Positions 14,886 through 27,895 of a stretch of DNA of 64,000 bases are shown in pieces. A program made the translations under genes and the position numbers. How positions within the stretch are numbered: the stretch's first letter is position 1; every line of letters begins with the position of its first letter. The stretch is from contig NC_043018.1 of NCBI RefSeq assembly GCF_006345805.1, positions 19,158,001-19,222,000 of the forward strand. The letters run 5' to 3'. The notes under the pieces are model-generated. The model had not been told where the DNA came from, ran no database searches, and saw only the letters and a program-made list of their open reading frames with translations. This DNA is from Octopus sinensis (Eukaryota).

Positions 14886-16010
14886 TAATAATAATAATAA
14901 TAATAATAATTTCAAATTTTGTCACAAGGGCAGAAATTTTGTGGGAGGAGATAAGTTGATTAGGCAAAGTTGACCTCGGCAGAATTTGAACCCAGAACGT
15001 AAAAACAGATGAAATGCTGCTAACAATAATAATCCTTTCTACTGAAGGCCTGAGATTTGGGGAGAGGGGACTAGACTAGTCGGTTACATTGACCCCAGTC
15101 TTTCACTGGTACTTATTTTATTGGCCCCGAAAGGATGAAATACAAAGTCGACCTTGGCGAAATTTAAACTCAGAATGTAGTGACCGGCAAAATACCGCTA
15201 AGCATTTTGTCTAGCATGCCAATGATTCTGCCAGCTCACTGCCTCAATGATAATTTCTCACATTGGCACGGGGTTAAGGATTTGTTGGTGAGAGGCATAA
15301 TACATTTATTCAGCTTCAGTGCATACCTGGTTCTTGTTCCGAGAGATCAGGCAAAACCAGCTGTTGTAAGATATGAACTCCAGAGAGGATAAAGTAAAGA
15401 GTACTAGGCATGCAGTCCAGTATGTGTCACTTCGTTACTCTCTTTAATAATATAATAATAATAATAATAATAATAATTTCAAATTTTGTCACAAGGGCAG
15501 AAATTTTGTGGGAGGAGATAAGTTGATTAGGCAAAGTTGACCTCGGCAGAATTTGAACCCAGAACGTAAAAACAGATGAAATGCTGCTAACAATAATAAT
15601 CCTTTCTACTGAAGGCCTGAGATTTGGGGAGAGGGGACTAGACTAGTCGGTTACATTGACCCCAGTCTTTCACTGGTACTTATTTTATTGGCCCCGAAAG
15701 GATGAAATACAAAGTCGACCTTGGCGAAATTTAAACTCAGAATGTAGTGACCGGCAAAATACCGCTAAGCATTTTGTCTAGCATGCCAATGATTCTGCCA
15801 GCTCACTGCCTCAATGATAATTTCTCACATTGGCACGGGGTTAAGGATTTGTTGGTGAGAGGCATAATACATTTATTCAGCTTCAGTGCATACCTGGTTC
15901 TTGTTCCGAGAGATCAGGCAAAACCAGCTGTTGTAAGATATGAACTCCAGAGAGGATAAAGTAAAGAGTACTAGGCATGCAGTCCAGTATGTGTCACTTC
16001 GTTACTCTCT

Positions 16011-16019
<9 letters not shown>
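14886..16019. repeat. 567-bp tandem duplication
   Basis: Identical ORFs at 15180 and 15747 (offset 567); units bounded by (AAT)n. Confidence 0.93.
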
Positions 16020-16045
<26 letters not shown>

Positions 16046-17297
16046 CCTTTCTACTATAGGTACAAAGCCTGACGTTTTGGGGTAGGGGACCAATTGTTTG
16101 CAAGGACCTCAGTGCTCAACAGGCACTTATTTTATTTAATTTGAACTCTTAGCATTTGGCCCAGTATGCTAATGATTCTGCCAGTATAAAGCGTAAGTGA
16201 AACTGGTTATAGCTACTTAAACTAATCCTTAATGATGAGAAAGAATTTAATTTCAATCCTTTAGCATTTAAACCAGCCATATCCGGCCAAAAGTATTCTG
16301 CCTGTTTTATGTTCAAACTGGCCAGATCTGGTCTCTCACACCAACCCTACAATATCATTTTAAAAATTAACAGCTACCTCATCAAAATCTCATAGCTACA
16401 AGATAATGCCTGATTAGTTCAAAACAAAGTGGATGAAAAAGCATTAATTTTGGTAGAATAATGCGAACACTAAAGGGTTAATACCACTGGAGTATCAAAA
16501 AGCAACATTAGCCAAAGCAGAGTTTGAAACCAAAATCATTAGGATAGCAATCTAGAGAGTTCCTGTTGTTTTCTGTTACCATTTCTATCATCTTTGGTTG
16601 CTTATGTCTCTCTCTCTCTACAGACTTTTATTTCTGATGGATTCTCATCATTTAAGACATCAAAATTTAGATATTTTCCTCAGGTTTCTGGACATCAAAA
16701 CCATTCAGCCATGTCGATAACGATGCTAATGATTGCTTCTAGAGAAAAATTGATTGCTTGGCCTTTATAGTTGATTTTCTTTTTATTGTTTTGTTTTATA
16801 TATTTTTTATTAATATATTTAAATTTTGATAATTTCTTTTAGTTTAAAAGGAAGAAAATTCTGATCTGTTGATCTGTTTATTTTATTTCTTTCTTTATTT
16901 ATTCTCTTCAACTTTCCTTTCTACTTTTACTTTCTGGTCTTCTTCTTGTTGTCGCTATTGTCGCTACTACTACTACTGCAGCTGCTGCTTGCTACTACTT
17001 CTACCCTTACTAAACCTCGATGTAATCTAACAAGGTACTAATCACCTCCCTCACCCCTGACCTCCTCCTCCTCCTCCCGTTCCACCTTGGCTGCTTTCTT
17101 TGAGAACCCATCTCTCACCACTACTCTCATTGTTCTCCTGCAACTGCATGCTGCTTGTGTTGTTTGAGTTGACCCTTTCATGCCTTACTCATCACCACCG
17201 GCTTGAGGGTTCACTTTGGGGTTCAAATACGGGGTTTTGGTTTAATTTGAGTAATGTGTGTCAAACTTCATTGTATGTGAGTTTATGTATGCATATA

Positions 17298-17334
<37 letters not shown>

Positions 17335-17485
17335 ATATATATATGTGTGTATATATATATGTGTGTATATATATATTGTGTGTGTATATATATATGTGTG
17401 TATATGTATATATATATATGTATATATATATATGTATGTATATGTATCAAATCAAATAAGTGAAAAACAGGACTCAAAGGATGTT

Positions 17486-17581
17486 GCGGTACATATGTTT
17501 CGGGCTTTATAGAACAACTTATTCTTACATCAATGCATAATCGACATAACAGATAGTTCAAAAAGCCTTCTTCAGCTGCGT
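17486..17581 (-). ncRNA. Hammerhead ribozyme (family A), mutated copy in left arm
   Basis: Reverse complement CUGAAGA-AGGCUUU...AAAGCCC-GAAA-CAUAUG-UA-CCGCA. A10.1-C11.1 mismatch and disrupted stem I. Confidence 0.6.
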
Positions 17582-17803
17582 GCAATTGCTACACCAAGGA
17601 CTTGTATCACATTATAATATTGAGTGAAAAAAACGGTATGGACGATTTGTTTTGGAGTCTAATAATACCATGTACGGCTATGATGAAGATTTACAAACAT
17701 ACTTTCCCAATGGTACTCGGTTTACCTACCATTATAAACAATACCAAATGTTTTTTCTCAAACCTTTTGTAATGTGATACAAGTCTTTGGTGTAGCAATT
17801 GCA

Positions 17804-17896
17804 TGCGGCTGAAGAGGGCTTTTGAACCATCTTATGTCGATTATGCATTGATGTAAGAATAACTTGTTCTATAAAGCCCGAAACATATGTACCGCA
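17804..17896 (+). ncRNA. Type I hammerhead ribozyme (family A), GUA site after 17891, sense strand of SCAMP last intron
   Basis: UGCGG-CUGAAGA-GGGCUUU...AAAGCCC-GAAA-C(AUAU)G-UA-CCGCA: 5-bp stem I, 7-bp stem II, intact core. Confidence 0.85.
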
Positions 17897-18006
17897 ACAT
17901 CCTTTGTGTCCTGTTTTTCACTTATTTCATTTGATACATATATCCTATCACCTATGCTACTAGCTGGCATATACAGGTGCTTACATTTATCAAGTATTCA
18001 CCCTGA

Positions 18007-18052
<46 letters not shown>

Positions 18053-20950
18053 ATACACTCAGAAGCACTCACACTTGGTACTACTTTAGCAATTTATTAA
18101 CAAAACAATCTTAGGTAAGTAACTTTTGGCTCACCTTCTATGTAGTTAGTTCTGGGGTTTGTTGACCAGAAGAAAATGGCTTGGCCATTTAAAATTTAGG
18201 AAACTCAAAAGTGCTTCCTAAGGGTCTTAGAATGACACACAGACACACAGCTATATGGTTAGGTGACAATAGCAATGAACTGCTGTCAGGCTGAGTTCTA
18301 TAAGTATCTTGGTGTTGAGGTAGATCTGCTGTTTATTAGAATGGTAGGGACATGTCTGTGTGCGCAAATGGACCAGAATGGTGAATATGTTGCTGGTTGC
18401 TTCTTCAGATGTAAGGTTTGGGAATCAGGGGAGGGAACGGGCTGTCACTGCTTTAACTTTTCAGCCCTTATTTGCAAAGGGAAGCTTACTGCAGCTATCG
18501 TGTGTGTGTGTGTGTGTGTGGAAGTGGATGAGAATTATTCAACAAAGTTCGGATGGAATGATCATAAAATTAACGATCCATTTTCATAAAACACAGAGAA
18601 TGTGGAATCAAAAGATTTAGATGGAATCTGTGAGTTAGTGGTGTGGGAACAACAAAAAAAAAAAAATGTAATTCTGACAACGAATCAACATTTTATAAGG
18701 ATGTGCAAACGTTGCTTATTTAGTAATATTGCAGTCTGTGTAGAGAGACAGTGTGTAATAAGTACGACGTGGTGTATCATGGTGAACATTTAAAGTAAAC
18801 TGTAGTATATTGAAAATAGATCATTTTTGCACAGAGTTGTGATGACATTATTTTGTTTCTAGAAATAAATCTTACAAAAACATTGATGTTTATTCATTTT
18901 TAAGATGTCTGTGTGTATGTGGTGTGTTTAACATTATTTTAAGCATTAACGAAGATTTAGGGGTACTTTGTATCATATAGTGATCCCAGTTTCCATAGTA
19001 ACAGCCACTGTATATTCAGAGTGGCTATGTAGAATCTTTCTTTTTCCCCATTTACAGTTCTCGTTCCTAAATTAATAAATCTAAGACTAAACTAACGCCA
19101 GCAAGCATGAACTCCCGTCAGAGTGTGTGAGTTAATGTCATTAAAGGGTTAACAACTCTCGTTTTATTATCTGTTTGTACTTCCTTGACAGCATGGCCTG
19201 TACTTTGTAACTTTGGACTTTGTATTATTTTACTTTCTTCTCTTGTATTTTGTAAATATATGAATATTGCAATTTTCATTTATTTTTCAAAATAGTTGCA
19301 TTCATTCATTCATTTATATATATGTATGAAATTCCATTTGTTAGGATTAAATACACATTTACATCTTTAGAAATAGCAATAACATATTAATACAAAGTTC
19401 TCTTATAGAAATACATGTAAGCATTATATGTTCTGTTTTAAAATGTGACACACACACTCGTGTGTGTGGCATGGCTGTATAATTTAAGGGATGCAATTAG
19501 GGCTGTCGTTCAGAGTTCAATTCCCCTGCACAGCACTTTGGACAAGTGTCTTCTGCCATCATCTTCACTTGACAAATACCCTGTGGGTGAAATTTGGTGA
19601 GACAGAAATAGTGTAATAACACTATTTATCTTTATATGAAGTATGCCAAAAAACACAAAATAGAAAAAGAAAACGGATGTATACTTTAAATAGCTGCTTC
19701 AAAATGAAAACGGATGCTTGATTTTGAAATTCCTATCTCACAACTTGCTTGCCACACAAGATTTTTTTGAACTCTGTCAATATGTTTCTCGTACCCTTTC
19801 TTGCTTTTGTGGGGCTCATTAATGTCCAGAACATTTCTTGTGGACATTCTGAACAGTTCCATCTCTAATACGATTTATGGTAAATCACGGGAGTGGATCT
19901 CTTTGAAACCCCTTCCCAAATTGTCTTTACACTTTGACTGCATTTTCAAACTTCCAGTAACCCTTTGGGATAAATTCCCTTTGTTAAATGAATCCATAGC
20001 CATCGACACTTATCTAATGACAAGTGTGATGTCCAAGCGATAAATGTATGGTGAGACATTGGTGTCATAAAATCTATGGTGAGATATTGCTACAATGGAA
20101 CAAGAATAACCGAGTGGATAAAAATGTTATCCATTTTTAATACAAAAGCGAATATGGTTATTGAAAGGGAGTTAGATAGCCCCACTCCCCTTCATCATCA
20201 TCATCGTTTAACGTCCGTTTTCCATGCTAGCATGGGTTGGATGGTTCGACTGGGGTCTGGGAAGCCAGGAGGTTGCACCAGGCTCCAGTCTGATCTGGCA
20301 GTGTTTCTACGGCTGGATGCCCTTCCTAACGCCAACCACAATCGGATGGTGCTTTTTATGTGCTATGGGCACGGAGGCCAGTCAAGGCAGCGCTGGCAAT
20401 GGCCACGTTCGGATGGTTCTCTTACGTGCCACCGGCATTTATATTTCTGTAAACACATTAGATTAGATATTTTTTTTTCTCTCATTGAACTGTTTGTACT
20501 TCATAGAGGTGGGTGCAGAGTTGTATATGAGGGACGCTGTTGTCATGTGTTTCAGATTTCAGTTGATTTGTTAAATCGTATTTTCTTTTATATAAATCTT
20601 ATGCTGGTCTGAAAACGCACGAGCACCACCTCTGTACTACTTTGTGGGAATAGTTCTTTTAGTCCTGTATAAAATAACAAATGAAAATTAATTCCTCTCT
20701 CTATATATTTATAGATACACACACACACACACACACAGCTATTTGATAATGCAATCTTCAGCAGTTATACACCCGCATACACAGTCCACCCCAAAAAATG
20801 TATACGCAGTTCAGGAAAGGAAAAAATCTGTATAAATGTTTATCTTGTTTAAGTACCCCTATAAATATAGGTACCTCTTTCAATGTTTTATCAAATTGCG
20901 ATAGGTTTTAAACGGGTTTTAAATTTCATTCCTGATATTCAAAAGATTAA

Positions 20951-21416
20951 CCCTTTCGATACCAACCCGGCCAAAACCGGCTCTGGCTCTGTAGTACAAA
21001 GATCTTGTTTTCATAAGTTTTGAATTAAAATCTTCCACCAAACCTTTGTCACAATCTATGTTCCTAACACTAGCTTAATGATAACTAAGTTATTTTACTA
21101 AATTCTTTGTTATATTTAAAATTAATTGAAAGAAACACAGAGCATCTCAACAGAAATAGGATAATAAAAGGGTTAAAGTCACCATGCTATTTTTAACCCT
21201 TTGATGCCAACATGGCTGAAACCACCTCTGGCTCTGTATTACAAATGTCTTATTTTCAAAAGTTCTTAATTAAAATCTTCCACCAAATTTTAGTCACAAT
21301 TTATGTTCCTAACACCAGTTTAATGATAACTAAGTTATTTTACTAAATTCTTTGTTATATTTAAAGTAATTGAAAGAAACACAGAGCATCTCAACAGAAA
21401 TACAGTAACGAAAGGG
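20951..21416. mobile_element. Two adjacent piggyBac-type MITEs (20951-21172, 21197-21416); right end of another copy at 1-59
   Basis: TTAA|CCCTTT...AAAGGG|TTAA ends, ~220 bp each. Confidence 0.85.
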
Positions 21417-21562
21417 TTAATCAATTTATGAAATTGTTGAATTTGTTTTAACACTTTTTTTACACCAAAACTGTTGTACTATTTATGCCAGAATTGTTTT
21501 AGTCGTTGCCTTTCCCTTTTCCTTTTTCTCATTCTTTTCTCTTTGTCTTCTCTTTCCGAAAG

Positions 21563-21727
21563 GTACACCGAGTCTACCGTAGCACTGGAGCTAGCTTCCA
21601 GAAGGCCCAAGCGGAATTTGCACAGGGTGTCATGCGCAATGAAACTGTTCAGACTGCTGCTGCTAATGCCGCTGCTGGCGCTGCCCGAGGTGCAGCACAG
21701 CAGTACGGTTCCAATAATCGCTACTAA
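21563..21727 (+). CDS. SCAMP: SCAMP terminal coding exon
   Basis: Pyrimidine tract + aag|GTA. Encodes [54 protein letters not shown], matching the SCAMP1 C-terminus [37 protein letters not shown]. No upstream SCAMP exons found, so they probably lie 5' of the window. Confidence 0.95.
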   Translation, partial: VHRVYRSTGASFQKAQAEFAQGVMRNETVQTAAANAAAGAARGAAQQYGSNNRY

Positions 21728-22220
21728 GCCCCCCCTCACTTTCTCAACAAATGAAGGGAGAGAAAAAGAGAACAACTGATTGTCCCCTCCCCTCATCCCA
21801 CCATAGAAAAGAAAAGAAACAATCTGTGTAATCTCCCTGTTTTGTTTATTATTACAACTATATAATATTAATAATAATTATTATCATCATCATTATTATT
21901 ATTATTATTATATTATTATTATTATATTATTATTATTACTGTTGTTTGTTAATTAATGATTTTTTTTTTGTTTCATTAATTTTTTTGATTTAAATTAAAC
22001 ACAAGAAAAAAAAAATATGCAAAAAAAAAACCCCTAAAAAAAAAACCCCTAAAAAAAAAACCCCTAAAAAAGTAAACCACCTTCTACCACCCACCCCTAT
22101 GTTTTGTCTTGCGTCTAATCTTGATATGCTGTCCTTACCACCTCCACCACCACCACCACCACCACCACCTCCTACTTAATTCTGTAAATTAATGACTAGT
22201 ATCTTAGCTTAACCTTGTAT

Positions 22221-22226
22221 AATAAA
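22221..22226 (+). terminator. Candidate polyadenylation signal for SCAMP
   Basis: AATAAA about 500 nt after the stop codon; other A-rich candidates exist. Confidence 0.3.
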
Positions 22227-22512
22227 CAGTAACTGTTAGAACCACAAAACTTTCTTGACTGTTAACAACCAATATTTACTGTATATCTCTATCTTTCTGT
22301 ATATGTTTGAGTACTATGTATATACATATATATATATATTATTCATGTATGTATAAATACGCATACAAACACAAACACACACACACACAAGATTCTTCCG
22401 GTTTTTTTTTTCTCTCCTCTTCCCCCACCCCTGCTCTAGGTATGTTATTTAACATAAACAGGTAAAAATTGGTGAGACACTGTGCATGGGTGTGTGTGTG
22501 TGTGTGTGTGTG

Positions 22513-22613
22513 TGTGGCATTACACTCTTACATTGCAAGTATGTATCAACATTTTGTTTTGTATAAATAAAAATTGACTTACAACATGTGTTAGTGTGCT
22601 TGCATATATGTGC

Positions 22614-22644
<31 letters not shown>

Positions 22645-22760
22645 GCATTACACTCTTACATTGCAAGTATGTATCAACATTTTGTTTTGTATAAATAAAA
22701 ATTGACTTACAACATGTGTTAGTGTGCTTGCATATATGTGCGTGAGTGTGTGTGTGTGTT
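22513..22760. repeat. ~128-bp tandem duplication bounded by (TG)n
   Basis: tgtggcattacactcttacattgcaag... occurs at ~22513 and ~22641. Confidence 0.9.
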
Positions 22761-22834
22761 TGTCTGAGTGTATGAATGTGTCTACGAATGCGTGTATGTA
22801 TAGGATCATGCATACATGTGTGTGGGTATGTACG

Positions 22835-22866
<32 letters not shown>

Positions 22867-24119
22867 CACGTATACACACACATGCACACACATTTACACA
22901 CACACACACACAGATGCATGTAATATGCTCGGTTACGTATGTTCTGCTTGGAATCTTAGAATCCTTGTATAAGTTTTTAGTCTTGGACACTTGACCAATT
23001 CCTTTCCGTTCCAATAAAGCAAATCATGTGTTCCTTCATCAGCTCTGATTCCAGACCATTCTCTGTCATTGTCAGAATGAATTTCAACACTACTACTACT
23101 AACACCAACACCACCACCACCTAATGACATCATTTTCTCGTTTATTACTGGAAGGGTACCAATTACTTTGGGCCTTTGCATTTGTTTTGTCCCCACCCCC
23201 CATCTACACACCCATCTTTTTTTTTTATTAGCATTTGGTTGATTTCTTCCTTTTACTGCTTCTTTCTTAATATTAACCCTTAAACAGCAGATGTCATCAA
23301 TGAATGTCTCAAAACCTTTACATAGATACGGCCTTCATCCATTATAAAACGGGAGCTGAATATCTATTGGCCCCTTTCCATAATGGAATTCGAAATCTTA
23401 TTGTGTGAGGGACTAATAGTTCTTACGGTTTTTGTCCTTATTCAAAGTGGAGGCGTGTGGCTTAGTGGTTAGGGATGTTGGACTCATGGTCGTAGGATTG
23501 TGGTTTCAATTCCTGGACCGGGCGGCGCGTTGTGTTCTTGAGCAAAACACTTCATTTCACGTTGCTCCAGTCCACTCAGCTTGCAAAAGTGAGTTATCCT
23601 GCGATGGACTTGCATCCTATCCAGGTGGGATATATATACGCCAGGAAAGCAACCCTTAGGAGTTTATCACGACTCGAGAAGGTAACTTTTACCTTTACTT
23701 ATCTAAAGTGAAAATAAGTATAAAATTTACCCTTCAGATAAAAAAAAAGGACCTTTTTTTTTTCTTTTGTCTGTTTGACATCCAACATTCATGCAAGTAT
23801 TTTCCATTGTTTAAGGGCTTAAAAGCGGTGGTGGGGTAGGTGAGAGGGTAGAGTAGCATTCTCTGTCCATTTTTTTGGTATTTAGTTACGTCCCTTCGTA
23901 ATCTCACTCAGTAAACTTTAGGGAGGAATAAGACAAGTACCAATCCCTTCCTGAGAAATTTGTAGACTTGGTGGCAATATCCAAAAGCAACAACAAAAAG
24001 AACAACAAATGAAATCCCTTATTGCAATGGTTTGTCATGTGATTCAGTCAGTTTTTGACTTGATTTCAGGGGTCACTGTTCTCCATATTTTTGCTCTCCG
24101 CCTTCCATCGTCAGAGTAA

Positions 24120-24159
<40 letters not shown>

Positions 24160-27100
24160 ACCACCATCCTCATCATTGTTTAATGAAAGATGGACGTTAA
24201 ACAATGATGATGAGGTATTTAACAACATAATGTAATGGTGTTGGGTGAAACTCTGATGTCTTGGTGTGTGTTTATATTTGGGCAGACATTTTAAGATGGT
24301 GCAAAGTTGGTAAAGATTTTAAAGATTCTTTAGCAAAGTTTACTTTGGTGGAGAAGTTTGTCTGCCGCATGACTGGAACAGTGGACTCTATTGAGTCTCC
24401 CTCCCTCCCACCTCCACCACCACCTCCCTCTCTGTCCTTTGCTGGCTTCACTAACATAATGTTACCACCACCACCGCCACCAGCATCCATAAAGGAATTA
24501 TTGTTGTACAATATACTTGCCACCACAATCTTCGACTTTAACCACTTCTGTCAGCACCGACACCATAAACCCTGACACTACAATAATTAGCTGTGGTGTT
24601 CAGATCAGTTGTTAAAATTCAAAGGAAAGGAAGCATTCTTGGAATGGTTGTACTCAAGGGAACGTGTGTGTGTGTGTGTGTACGCACACATTGACACACA
24701 CTGAGTGCATATACATCACACACACATGCACACACATAGATATGCAGTCTTTCCTCTCGTCTTCATACAGAAGAAGAAGAACAACACAGAAAAAGTTTCC
24801 AAGAGGAAACAAATGTAGAAAAAAACATGTCAATATTTCTATTCCCTCCCCCCATATATCCACATATCTACAAATAGAAAACTTTAAAACCTGTTTATTA
24901 ATTCCTCTTTTATTTACTCCGTATTTTATTTATTCAGTGACAAATTGGTTTTGACTTGATACTATCGTCATGGTTGGCTGTTTTAAAACCCACATCCAGG
25001 GGTCGGGTAAGAAAAAAAAATACATGACGATACAGATCCAACTTGAATCTAATTATTCAATAAAAAGGAGGAAATTAAAAATATTTTAACGAGGTTCAGT
25101 TTTTAAATTATTTTCTTCTCCGAGTTTTGATACAAGCTTGGATTTCAATTTAAAAAAAAAAAAAAATAATATTAGTCTTATAATTGGTTTCTTCCTAACA
25201 AGTTTCTGAAATTGATAAACGTGAAAAATATCGGGGGAAGAAAACCACCCCAGCAAAGCTTGAATTGAAGTTCACGTCTTCAATCCAGGCTGTCACCTGT
25301 GTGTGTGTGTACGTACATTGTGATTGTGCTTTGACTTCACAAGCATGATTGCTCTGAATAAGGAAAACCATTATACATGCATATACATACAGCCACCAAA
25401 GTGTAAGAGGATGGCAAGCTGGCAGAAACGTTAGCACGCTGGGCGAAATGCTTAGCGGTATTTCGTCTGTTGTCAGGTTCTGAGTTCAAATTCCACCGAG
25501 GTCGACTTTGCCTTTCATCCTTTCGGGGTCGATAAATAAAGTACCAGTTACGCACTGGGGTCGATGTAATCGACTTAATCCCTTTGTCCTTGTTTGTCTC
25601 CTCTATGTTTAGCCCCTTGTGGGTAGTAAAGAAATAGGTATTTCGTCTGTCGTTACGTTCTGAGTTCAAATTCCACCGAGGTTGACTTTGCCTGTCATCC
25701 TTTCGGGGTCGATAAATAAAGTACTAGTTATGCACTGGGGTCGATGTAATCAACTTAATCCCTTTGTCTGCCCTTGTTTGTCCCCTCTGTGTTTAGCCCC
25801 TTGTGGGCAGTAAAGAAATATATATATATATATATATGGCCGTATGCATTCATCCAAAAATGAATAGGCGCTGAGCTGCATATGATTTGCATGAAGTATT
25901 CAGTAATGAGGAGAGTATTGGATGCGATGTACTTGGGTTCTCGCTGCAACCAAAGCAGTTCAAATTAGCAATGATGGTAGCTTTGAATGCCTCGCACTGC
26001 AATATGTAAACAGAACAGAACAGCAACAGAACCTGGTTTGGTTTTGAAGCATTGTAATTTTGGCCTCTTGCTGCACATTGTGTGTGTGTGTGTGTATGGG
26101 AGATTGAAACCAAATCTATTTTAATGAGAGAAAAAAAACTCAGATCACTTTCTTAGAAGTGGATGGTGGGGCAGAGTTTACAAGCGTTTGAAAGCAGATG
26201 CTGGGTCCAATTGTTTTTGCTGTATTTTTTAATTAAAAATCTTTTATGCTTTCATCTTTGGCCTCTTCCTCTTCCAACCCCAAATTTTGCGTTGATCCAC
26301 AGAATTGAGAACTCTCTCTCTCTCTCTCTCTCTGTACAGATACAAAACATAAATTCCCCCCACGGTAGATGTTGTGTAATGTATGTTGAGTAGTGTGACT
26401 TTTATTTGAGGGGGTGGGGAGTGGACCAGAAAAGACGGACTAGGGCTACTTACTAAAACAAAAACAAAAAAAAATGAAAAAAAATTAATTAATAAATAGT
26501 TTGGCTTTCATGTTTTGTCTTCATTTCTGTTTTGCTTCATAGGTTGATTTTTCCCAATCAATCTGATTAATTAAACCAATCAACTAACGATCAGAGATCA
26601 ATCAGCCCTTCCACATTTTGAAATCTAATCCACACCAGACGCAAATGACAGGGTTTCGTATGATGAAACGTACCCCCGTTTTCTTTATCCGTCATCATCA
26701 TCATTATCATTATTACTACTATTATTACTATTATTATTATTATTATTATTATTATAAGGGTGAGATGGTGGACAAACAAAAAACTGTAGAACACCAAATT
26801 ACGTGTCTAATGATACTTAGCATCTTGCTGCTATTCTGAGTTCTAATCTCGCTGAAGTCAATTTGGCCTTTCGTCCTTCTTTCTGGGTAAATAAAAACGG
26901 TACCAGTAATACACTGGAGTTGATTCTTTGGTTTACTGTCTTTTATTTTTATTATTGCTTCACTATGAATCAGACCTGCGTATACACTCTGTATGTATGT
27001 ATACATACATACATATATATATTATATTAAATTAGAGATAAAACCACTATTAGGCAAATCATGAAGTGAAAAACATAAACCAAAACATAGAAAAAATTAA

Positions 27101-27392
27101 TTAATATAATATATAAAATTCAAAATTTAAATTTTGATTTGATATTTTCGTCATGGTTGGCTGTATATAATATATAATCCTCATTTTGTTTATATATATC
27201 TGGTATATATATATATTATATATATATGTATATGAATAATTGAGTAGTTGAATGAATTATCTTATTATGGATAATTCGGTTAACCAATACCTGGGTAGCA
27301 AATTCACGTCAGAAAAACACGGTTGAAGCTACATGCCTAGGGCAGAGATCACGTGCTATCGTGTGGAAATTTGTGTGTTTTTTTAACTACAA

Positions 27393-27821
27393 ATAAATGA
27401 AAGAATGGAGTTGAACGACATACATACACACACATAGGCACTCATTCACAAAAGAAAACAACAAAATCACCATTCATTTGACCTGCACCCTTTCACGTTC
27501 CTATTCTTAGGTCTCTCTCCTCCAACCTTGTTTGAACCCTTGAACCTTCTAGGATCTTCTACATTCAACCATTTTTGACGTCACTACTTATAACGGAATA
27601 TTTTAAAGAAACACTCATTATCGCTATGAGCTCCGTGTGGGCAGTCATCTAAAAGTTTTTGTTCATCTTGATGCTGACATAAGTTCCTTGTTTTTCCTGA
27701 TGAGAAGGCGGCATAATGCACCCCCTTATTCCTTCGAAATTAGGAATATGCAGCCTTCGAAACATATGTCGAAAATAAAATAAAGGAATTTTGTTAATTC
27801 GTCGTTCAACTCCATTCTTTC

Positions 27822-27828
<7 letters not shown>
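27393..27828 (+). mobile_element. ~436-bp hammerhead-carrying element with 27-bp terminal inverted repeats
   Basis: ataaatgaaagaatggagttgaacgac at 27393-27419 and its reverse complement at 27801-27828. A truncated copy lies at ~51897-52100 (-). Confidence 0.75.
27684..27788 (+). ncRNA. Type I hammerhead ribozyme (family B), canonical core, GUC cleavage site after 27770
   Basis: UUUUC-CUGAUGA-GAAGGCGGCAUA...UAUGCAGCCUUC-GAAA-C(AUAU)G-UC-GAAAA. Stem II is 11 bp with one mismatch. Stem I is 5 bp plus distal UUCCUU/AAGGAA. Confidence 0.85.

Positions 27829-27895
<67 letters not shown>

Larger units (their letters stand above)
17441..17940. mobile_element. Foldback element with ~170-bp inverted arms, each carrying a hammerhead (probably Penelope-like derived)
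   Basis: tatgtatcaaatcaaataagtgaaaaacaggac... and ...gtcctgtttttcacttatttcatttgatacata are reverse complements with several substitutions. Confidence 0.8.

Noticed and set aside
21561-21568. AG|GT at the SCAMP last-exon acceptor as a recursive splice site
   Set aside because: GTACAC is a weak donor and simply encodes the conserved Val-His.
24261-24575. Pro-rich ORF resembling formin/WASP
   Set aside because: Driven by (CCA)n; no splice signals or domain similarity recognised.
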